From a virus (Duplodnaviria > Caudoviricetes): a stretch of 46,412 bases of DNA. Numbering within the stretch: position 1 is the first letter of the stretch; every line of letters starts with the position of its first letter. Both the position numbers and the translations under genes were made by a program. Where the stretch lies: positions 1-46,412 of the IMG/VR virus record IMGVR_UViG_3300037467_000541, one strand, 5' to 3'. Below are positions 40,084 through 46,412 of this stretch, piece by piece. The notes beneath the pieces are model-generated. The model saw nothing but the letters and a program-made list of their open reading frames with translations, had not been told where the DNA came from and made no database searches.

Positions 40084-42353
40084 TAGCGCGCTCGGTTGAA
40101 GTAGGAGCCTTCCCACTCGGCGGAGTGGAAGGTGAATCCCAGGTAGGAGTCGTTGACGAGAGAGATCTCCGCTTCGCGCGCATTCGCTTGCACCGCGAAC
40201 GTCGCCTTGCCGTCTTGGAAGGAAGGCGCACCGATGGCACCGCTGCCAATCACAGAGCCGAGGTTGGCCGGGTACTCGCGAACCATGACGGTCTGCGAGT
40301 TCTCGCCGTACGGCTTGATCTCTGCGCGGAAGTAGCCCGTGTCCGTGAAGTAGACGCTGAACGTCTTGAGCTGAAGCCGGCCCGACAGGACCGCTTCACC
40401 ACGTCCGTTGAGCATGAACTGCTTGGAGAACGTGTAGCGCGATTCATAGGCAAGGCCACAGAACCAGCGATCAGGCTTCGTCTTCGTGCGGAACTTCTGC
40501 GTCGACAACCACTCGGTGATCTGCACCGGTTCGCCCGACGAAGCTTTGACCACACGGAAGCGGCCTCGATCCGACTCAGGCACCCAGTAGGGCAGCGTGA
40601 CGTCGTAGTAGTCCGAGTCCGCGGTCTGAATGCCGCCAGAGATCTTGTCGTAGAGCCAGCGGCGGTCCAGGTGAACCTGGTAGCCGGTCTCCGGGTCGCC
40701 GTCGATGACCGTAAACGGCGCATCGACCTTGAAGAGCGCGATGCGTTCGAGTGACACGTAAGCGAAGCCGCTGGTGTCGTCGCGGTAGTGATGCACGAGG
40801 AGATAGAGGTAGCCGCCGAGCTGCACGCACGCGCGTACCTCGGCCAGCGGCTCGAACTCCCAATAGTGCCAAGCGCTCTGCGCCTTCTCCGTCTCCGTCT
40901 GCCAGAAGTATTTGTAGACGTAGACGCGATTGCGGGCGCCCGAGGTCAGGACGAACACTGCGTCGAACTCAGGCGCGGCCTGCACCGAGATGATGCCGTA
41001 GGGGATGTATTGCGCGGCGTGCGCGCTGACATCCGCCGCATCGAGCGAGATCCCGTCGGTGTTGACGTAATACTCTCGCAGCTTGCCCCAGCCCGAGGCG
41101 TGCGACGCGAAATAGACGTCGCTACCGGCCGGCGCGGGACGCACACCGGGCACCGTCGGGTACCGAGTGGTGACGTCGAGCGACACCGTGCCACCCGCGA
41201 GGACATCCTTGTGGGTGAGCTGGAATTGCGTTTGGTCGCTGAAGAGCATCATCGAGGCGCCGAAGGGCACCGCGTATTCGATCTTCGTGACCTGGGTCTC
41301 GGACGCAGCGATGTCGATCACTTCGTCTTGGAGGTAGTCCGTGACGGTCAGCCGGTGGAACGTGCCGAACGCACCAGCGCGCGACATCACGACACCCTCG
41401 TCGACCGCGAAGCCCAGGCGGTTCTTGTGGAAGAACACGTCGCGGATCTTGCGGTTCACGAAGGACGGATGCGGGTTGGTGTTGTCGTCGCCGACGTGGC
41501 GCGGCTCCCATGCGAAGGGGCCGAAGGTAAACGTGCCGTCGCCGTTGCGGATCAGCGCATGCGGCATCGTCAGCGGGTCGATCATGTTCTGGAGACCCGG
41601 CTTGACGCACTCGTACCAGCCGCCGTTCTCGTAGATGACGTAGTAGGTGCCGAACGCATCCTCGTTCGTGCCGACGATCTGCCACACGTCGCCGTTTGCG
41701 TTGCCGGACGTGGGGAGATCCTGAAGGGTCTGCTTGGTGCCCTTCAGGTGGCCCGTGGGGTTCGCCGTGGGATCCGCGGGCGTCGGGTTGCTGACGATGC
41801 GTAGCGGCGTGCCGCCACCGTTGCCGCCCTCACCGCTCAGGACCGGGGACTGGATGGAGGCCATCTGCGACACCGGCTTCGGCTTGCGATTGAGCCACCA
41901 GTAGTCGCCCGTCGGCGGATCATGGTCAGCGCCGACAGGCAGGAGCCCGACGCGCTTCGTCTTGTTTAGGACGAACGTGTAGTCCGCGACGGTCATCAGG
42001 GTGTAGCCCTGCGCCGCGCGAATGCCGAAGTCGAGGGACAGGTAGCCCCAGCCGAGCGGCGCGTTGACCGTCTTCTCCTGCCCGGTCATGTCGAACACGC
42101 GGATGCGGAGTGCGTCGACGACGACGATGTAGCGCTCGGACGTGTCGCGGTTGATGATGTGCATCGCGGCGCCGCTGTTGACGGAGCCGTTCGGCATCAG
42201 AGCCAGGAACTCGGACGGGTTGCGCTTGCTCACTCCGTCGATGACGGAGGACCAGCAGTTGACTTGCTCCGCGCACTGCGACGGCAGTCGCACGGGGTCA
42301 GGCTGTTGCGAGACGCCGTTCCACAGTGCGGGAATCTGGCGGGTGACGAGCAT
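40083..42353 (-). CDS. gp12: Tail tubular protein B (nozzle)
   Basis: IPALWNGVSQQPD, INRD..ERY, TVADYTF, GDD.TNP.PSF, QSAWHYW, GRLQL, EWEG. Confidence 0.93.
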   Translation of the reverse strand: MLVTRQIPALWNGVSQQPDPVRLPSQCAEQVNCWSSVIDGVSKRNPSEFLALMPNGSVNSGAAMHIINRDTSERYIVVVDALRIRVFDMTGQEKTVNAPLGWGYLSLDFGIRAAQGYTLMTVADYTFVLNKTKRVGLLPVGADHDPPTGDYWWLNRKPKPVSQMASIQSPVLSGEGGNGGGTPLRIVSNPTPADPTANPTGHLKGTKQTLQDLPTSGNANGDVWQIVGTNEDAFGTYYVIYENGGWYECVKPGLQNMIDPLTMPHALIRNGDGTFTFGPFAWEPRHVGDDNTNPHPSFVNRKIRDVFFHKNRLGFAVDEGVVMSRAGAFGTFHRLTVTDYLQDEVIDIAASETQVTKIEYAVPFGASMMLFSDQTQFQLTHKDVLAGGTVSLDVTTRYPTVPGVRPAPAGSDVYFASHASGWGKLREYYVNTDGISLDAADVSAHAAQYIPYGIISVQAAPEFDAVFVLTSGARNRVYVYKYFWQTETEKAQSAWHYWEFEPLAEVRACVQLGGYLYLLVHHYRDDTSGFAYVSLERIALFKVDAPFTVIDGDPETGYQVHLDRRWLYDKISGGIQTADSDYYDVTLPYWVPESDRGRFRVVKASSGEPVQITEWLSTQKFRTKTKPDRWFCGLAYESRYTFSKQFMLNGRGEAVLSGRLQLKTFSVYFTDTGYFRAEIKPYGENSQTVMVREYPANLGSVIGSGAIGAPSFQDGKATFAVQANAREAEISLVNDSYLGFTFHSAEWEGSYFNRAR

Positions 42354-42356
42354 CAG

Positions 42357-42965
42357 TTAGCTCCGACGACGGTAGCCGGCCGCGGTCCAGTAGGTGTGCG
42401 CGTTGTCGAGCAGCGCGTTCGGGCGATCAGCGCGGAGCTGCGCGCGATCCAGCGCGGCGCGTGCCTCTTCCTCGCGTTCCTTGGTGAACCGATAGGCCAA
42501 GTCCGCACCGACCTGGTTCTCTTGGAACACGCGGCCGGCGAGGCGATGGATGTAAGTGCGGGCGGCCTGAGGGAGATCCTCGAAGGCCAGCAGCCACACG
42601 ACGCGGCCAGTGATGACCGTGCCGGCAGCAAATTCGGTGGTGTGGTTCTCGCGGTCGTAGAGCTTGCGACCGCGCTCGACTACCTGCCCACGCCAGGTGT
42701 CATCGGGCTCGAATTGCAGCGCCGTAGGCGGCAGGACAATCTCGCCGTTTTGGTCCGGGTAGAACGAGTAGTTGTAGTCGGTGTTGAAGAACCAGCCGCG
42801 CTCTTGAATCTCGCGCGACGTGTTGACGAGGATCGCGAGTGCCGACGTTGCGTCGACCGACTCGTTCTCTTCGACATTGTTCACCGCGCCCTGGCCGATG
42901 CTGGACAGCATGTCGTTGATCGCTTCGAGCGCGGTGGTCGGCGCGAGGGTTTGTTCGAGGGCCAT
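42357..42965 (-). CDS. gp11: Tail tubular protein A (adaptor)
   Basis: LEAINDMLSSIGQ...IQERGWFFN...FEDLP. Confidence 0.92.
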   Translation of the reverse strand: MALEQTLAPTTALEAINDMLSSIGQGAVNNVEENESVDATSALAILVNTSREIQERGWFFNTDYNYSFYPDQNGEIVLPPTALQFEPDDTWRGQVVERGRKLYDRENHTTEFAAGTVITGRVVWLLAFEDLPQAARTYIHRLAGRVFQENQVGADLAYRFTKEREEEARAALDRAQLRADRPNALLDNAHTYWTAAGYRRRS

Positions 42966-42984
42966 GACGGGTTCCGTTGGGATG

Positions 42985-43019
42985 AAAAAAAGCCCCCTCG
43001 GATTTCTCCAAGGGGGCTT
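42985..43019 (-). terminator. Post-capsid terminator (T-phi analogue)
   Basis: AGCCCCCTTGGA-GAAA-TCCGAGGGGGCT followed by a T-run. Confidence 0.88.
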
Positions 43020-43047
43020 AGGGTCTTTCTAGGGTGAGATCAGTCGA

Positions 43048-44085
43048 TTACGACTTGGCGATCTCGACCGCGCACTTCGTACGCAGCTTGTCGGCGGACA
43101 CGGACATCTTCGCCAGGATCAGGGTGCCCTGACGGCGCATGTCCCAGCCCATCTCCATCTGCACGCCCAGGAGTTCGAGGCGCGCGACGGCGGCGTCCGT
43201 CCACACGAGACCCACCGGGCCGGTCGAACCGGTCAGGTCGGCCTGGTAGCGCGACGGGAAGTTGGCCGGCAGGCCGTACTTGACGTCGTTCGGCTTGCCC
43301 ACGAGGCCGTCGGTGTTCGTGCTCGCGTTGTACGCGGTCACGTCCTTGCCGAACAGCAGCGCGTTGGACTTGATGACGTCGACGCCCATGACACCGCGAA
43401 GGATGTGGCGCCGGACCTCTTCGCCCGAACCGCCGTAGTCCTTGTTGATGTTCTTCTCGCTGTTCGCCATCAGGTACCACTGCGCGGGCAGCACGGTACC
43501 GTGGACGGGAACGTCGTCGACCGGCACGTCCTTCTCGTCCATGGCCTGCACGGACTTGGAGAAGGCCGCCCACAGGTCGGAACCCGAAGCGGTGAAGTCG
43601 GCCGAGCCCGAGATGTCGGTCTCCTGGACCTTCGAGCCGCCGCCGTCACCGGTGAACAGCTCGGCACCGCGAGCCGCGGCGATCAGCGACATCGAGATGA
43701 TGCGGTCGTCGATCACGGCCAGGGCGCGACCCAGCTCCGCGGAATACGGAGCGCGGACGTCGTAGTAGTTCTTCAGCTCGTCGATCTGAGCCACGAACGC
43801 ATCGGCGATCAGGAGATCGTCGGTCGTCACGGTCAGCTCGGTGTGCGGGATGTTCTGACCGACGATCTCGGCACCCGGCGTGTGGTACTGGCCGGCAGCC
43901 TTGTAGACCGCGGGGAACGTGGCGCTCTTGCCGTTGGTGATGCGACGGGTACGCACGGTACCGCGCAGCTTCGCCGCCATCTCGTAGGCGGTCAGAACTT
44001 CGCCGCCGAAGACGTCACGGAAGAGGGCGTCGGTCGCACCGGTCAGTTTGTCCTGGCCGAGGCGCGACGGATTGGCATTTGCCAT
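43048..44085 (-). CDS. gp10: Major capsid protein
   Basis: ALF...FGGEVLTA, R.ITNGKSATFP, YHTPG, DDLL, YDVRAPYSAELGRALA. Confidence 0.96.
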   Translation of the reverse strand: MANANPSRLGQDKLTGATDALFRDVFGGEVLTAYEMAAKLRGTVRTRRITNGKSATFPAVYKAAGQYHTPGAEIVGQNIPHTELTVTTDDLLIADAFVAQIDELKNYYDVRAPYSAELGRALAVIDDRIISMSLIAAARGAELFTGDGGGSKVQETDISGSADFTASGSDLWAAFSKSVQAMDEKDVPVDDVPVHGTVLPAQWYLMANSEKNINKDYGGSGEEVRRHILRGVMGVDVIKSNALLFGKDVTAYNASTNTDGLVGKPNDVKYGLPANFPSRYQADLTGSTGPVGLVWTDAAVARLELLGVQMEMGWDMRRQGTLILAKMSVSADKLRTKCAVEIAKS

Positions 44086-44249
44086 TGGTAGATGAATCCT
44101 TGAGAGGGGGTGGACACGGGTGGTGCTTGTGCCCCTCCGACTTGTCCTTTCCTTTCAGACGAAGTTGTCCCGCCGTAGCAGGGCTTCTCGTACTCGTGGG
44201 GTTAGGTCGAGCGGAGCTGTGCACGCGACGTCCTAGTCGCGCGCGAATG

Positions 44250-44327
44250 TGGTGGAGAGGGTCGGAGTCGAACCGACGACCTCGGGGTTATGAGCCCCGC
44301 GCGCTGCCAAGCTGCGCTACGCTCTCC
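44250..44327 (-). tRNA. tRNA with CAT anticodon (Met, initiator-like body; atypical acceptor stem)
   Basis: D-stem GCGC/GCGC, anticodon arm CGGGG-CTCATAA-CCCCG, T-arm GTCGG-TTCGACT-CCGAC, ACCA end. Confidence 0.88.
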
Positions 44328-44412
44328 AAGGGCGGTTGTTGACGCGGGCGCCGGCCGCGGAGCCCGGTAGCGGGGCTCGGGGCCGGTGGAGGAGGAACAC
44401 CGGCCGTATGCG

Positions 44413-44781
44413 TCAGAACTTCATGGTCTTCATTGCCTGCGTTTGCAGGACACCAAGGGAGTCCACGAGTACCTCATCTCGTGCCATGCGCTCGCGCCCG
44501 GTGGCGTCGATCAGCACATGGAAATACTCATGCCAGAAGGTGTGCCACTGGCTGACCTTGGAGTGTTCACGGGAGACGCGCTGGACGTAGATCTTGCGTG
44601 CTTCCCAGGCCGTAAGGCCGCGAGGAGCAAGCTCGTCGTCTTCCAGCGGATCCCCGTGCCGGCGACATGCCTCACGCATCTCCTTGTCCGAGACGATGTG
44701 GACCGTGTAGGTGTGCGGTCCCAGCTCGAAGCTTTTGGGGATGCGAGGGAGCTGCCGGTTCTTAGGTGAGAGCGAGGTCAA
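44413..44781 (-). CDS. Small HExxH metallopeptidase-like protein (start uncertain)
   Basis: IPKSFELGPHTYTV...TFWHEYFHVLI...DEVLVD. Confidence 0.6.
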   Translation of the reverse strand: MTSLSPKNRQLPRIPKSFELGPHTYTVHIVSDKEMREACRRHGDPLEDDELAPRGLTAWEARKIYVQRVSREHSKVSQWHTFWHEYFHVLIDATGRERMARDEVLVDSLGVLQTQAMKTMKF

Positions 44782-45661
44782 TTCCCGCGGCTCGCGCTGC
44801 GGCGACCTTGCGAGCAACCTCTGCACGGAACGCGGAGTCCTTCTTGTAGCGGGGGTCACGCATGTCCGCACGCATCTGCGCGCCGGACTCGTAGCCATCA
44901 AAGGCGCGATTGCCGTTGCCACCATTGGTGACACTGCGGCCCTCTTCGCCGTTCGCTTGCGCGAAGCGAGCCTTCAGGCCACGCACGGCCGCGAGGCGCA
45001 CGTTCGGATCGCCGGAGTGGATGTCGCGGTCGTAGACCTGGACTTCCTCGGGCGAGTAGTTCGCACGCGCCCAGTCGATCATCGCCTTGTACCTGTCCTC
45101 GCCACCGGCTTCGGTGTGGACCTGGTACTTCGCGAGCTGACCGAGGGCCTGCTGGCCGGCGATGAACGCATCGACGTCATCGCGGGTCAGGCCGACGGCC
45201 TTCTCCATCTTGGCGTAGATGTCATCCGTCAGCGGCTCGCCCTTGGAGAGCAGCTCCGTCGCCTGGTCGCGCAGGGAGCGAAACTCCTTCAGCGCTTCGG
45301 CGTGCGCGATCTCTTGCTCGCCTTCTCCGTTCTCGCCGGGCTTTGCCTCTTCGCCTTCTTTCGGCTTCGGCTGCTCGGCCTTCTTGCGTTCCAGCTCGGT
45401 GTAGCTCTTCGCCAGCTCGTCGACGCGAACCTCGCCCTTCTCGGCATCCCAAAACTTCTCCGGGATGTGCTCGGGGCGCGTGGGCTTGTTCTTCTCGCCC
45501 TCGCCCTCGGCGGGCTTCTCGGCTGCGTTGGGGTTGCCGGCCGGGTTCGCTTCGGCGAACTGCGCGCGGTACTTGTCCGCGAGCGCTTGCTGCTCCGGCG
45601 TGAGCTGTACTTCCTCGCCGGTGTTGGTCTCGCCGTTGCCGGCGACGTTCTCTTCTGCCAC
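44762..45661 (-). CDS. gp9: Capsid scaffolding protein
   Basis: RPEHIPEKF...LAKSYTELE, AGGED.Y..MIDWA, MRDPRYKKD.AFR.EV; synteny. Confidence 0.9.
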   Translation of the reverse strand: MAEENVAGNGETNTGEEVQLTPEQQALADKYRAQFAEANPAGNPNAAEKPAEGEGEKNKPTRPEHIPEKFWDAEKGEVRVDELAKSYTELERKKAEQPKPKEGEEAKPGENGEGEQEIAHAEALKEFRSLRDQATELLSKGEPLTDDIYAKMEKAVGLTRDDVDAFIAGQQALGQLAKYQVHTEAGGEDRYKAMIDWARANYSPEEVQVYDRDIHSGDPNVRLAAVRGLKARFAQANGEEGRSVTNGGNGNRAFDGYESGAQMRADMRDPRYKKDSAFRAEVARKVAAARAAGIDLALT

Positions 45662-45674
45662 TTTTCCTCCTCAC

Positions 45675-46412
45675 TTACTTGTTCACGCCGTCCGCGATGC
45701 CCTTGATGGTTGGGCCGGTGCCTTTCGACAGCAGCTCTTGCATCAGCGCGGCGCGCTGTGCGTCAGCGTTCTCTTGCGCGATCTGCGCCTGGCTCTTGAC
45801 CTTCGACGAAGCGTTCTCGACGCCCCAACCGAGCAGCACGTCGGTAGCGACGGTGGTCGGGTTGAGGATCTTCAGCATCCCTTCGGGACCGAAGATGTTT
45901 TGCAGGTCGGCGAGCGCGCCTCGCAGCTTGTTGAGCGAGTGATTGCGCCCGAGCGCTTGGAAGCCCGTCACGACGACAGGCGACACCGTGCCCTTAGGGA
46001 ACGGCGGGATCTCACCGGTGCGCGTCAGGATGTGCAGGTGCCGCTTGATAAAGGGCATCTGCTCTTCTTGCGCGAGCACCGTGTAGACGCCGCCGAGGGT
46101 GTCTTCGAGTTCCTGCGCGGTTCCGCGGATCTCCTCCGCAGTGACGCGCTCGGCGTCGCGCACGAGACCGCTACGCAACAGGAAGGCGCGCGAGAGGCGC
46201 TCTTCGAGGCGTGCGATGACGGCGTTGACCGATTGGAAGTCCGCGTACTTTTCGAGCTGGAGGACGTCGATGTCTTCCTTGCGACCCCCGACGGCATCGC
46301 CGGAGCGCGCACGGTTGACCTCGCCGATGTCCGTCACCGCGCCCGGATGGACGAGGAAGACGATCTTCGCGGCAATCGCAGCGAACTCGACGCAGGACTG
46401 CGAGAGCCCTTC
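45675..46412 (-). CDS. gp8: Portal protein, 3' part (continuation of 1-916)
   Basis: RLSRAFLL...RDAERVTAEEIR..AQELE.TLGGVY...TG..ALGR. Confidence 0.93.
   Translation of the reverse strand, partial: EGLSQSCVEFAAIAAKIVFLVHPGAVTDIGEVNRARSGDAVGGRKEDIDVLQLEKYADFQSVNAVIARLEERLSRAFLLRSGLVRDAERVTAEEIRGTAQELEDTLGGVYTVLAQEEQMPFIKRHLHILTRTGEIPPFPKGTVSPVVVTGFQALGRNHSLNKLRGALADLQNIFGPEGMLKILNPTTVATDVLLGWGVENASSKVKSQAQIAQENADAQRAALMQELLSKGTGPTIKGIADGVNK
46286..46412. repeat. Terminal overlap of circular assembly (copy 2)
   Basis: Identical to 1-127. Confidence 0.95.

Noticed and set aside
32502-40086. Very long plus-strand ORFs (e.g. 34482-37784, 32502-34478; also 6074-8062, 16514-18154, 28082-30055)
   Set aside because: These are antisense shadows of well-supported minus-strand genes, expected from high-GC codon bias, and show no recognisable motifs.
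43040-43100. T7-style 10A/10B capsid frameshift
   Set aside because: No slippery sequence or extended alternative frame before the terminator.

Overview
This window is an apparently complete genome of a high-GC, temperate T7-like phage (Autographiviridae-type) of a Gram-negative host. Bases 1-127 repeat exactly at 46286-46412, so the assembly is circular with a unit length of 46,285 bp. Essentially all protein genes are on the minus strand. In transcription order they are: a non-coding end region (~25500-26280); an array of small early genes separated by 70-75 bp structured repeats; a MarR-like repressor, tyrosine integrase and lambda-like attP; a single-subunit RNA polymerase; the replication module (SSB, RusA, amidase, primase-helicase, DNA polymerase, LAGLIDADG endonuclease, holin/spanins, exonuclease); then portal, scaffold, capsid, tail, ejection proteins, terS, a tailspike module and terL. 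The most striking unexplained structure is a candidate RNA-based regulon. Ten genes (eight early genes, the integrase and the RNAP) share the ribosome-binding tag CAAGGGAGACC. Two non-coding structured RNAs (20092-20244 on +, ~26105-26250 on -) carry the exact complement of that tag. Both RNAs and the early operon start 12 nt downstream of sigma54-type GG-N10-GC motifs. The attP core mimics a tRNA-Leu(TAG) anticodon loop without restoring the gene, and a recoded tRNA-Leu(TAG) lies antisense elsewhere in the genome. All calls come from reading motifs by eye; no searches or folding programs were run, and start codons of small ORFs are estimates.
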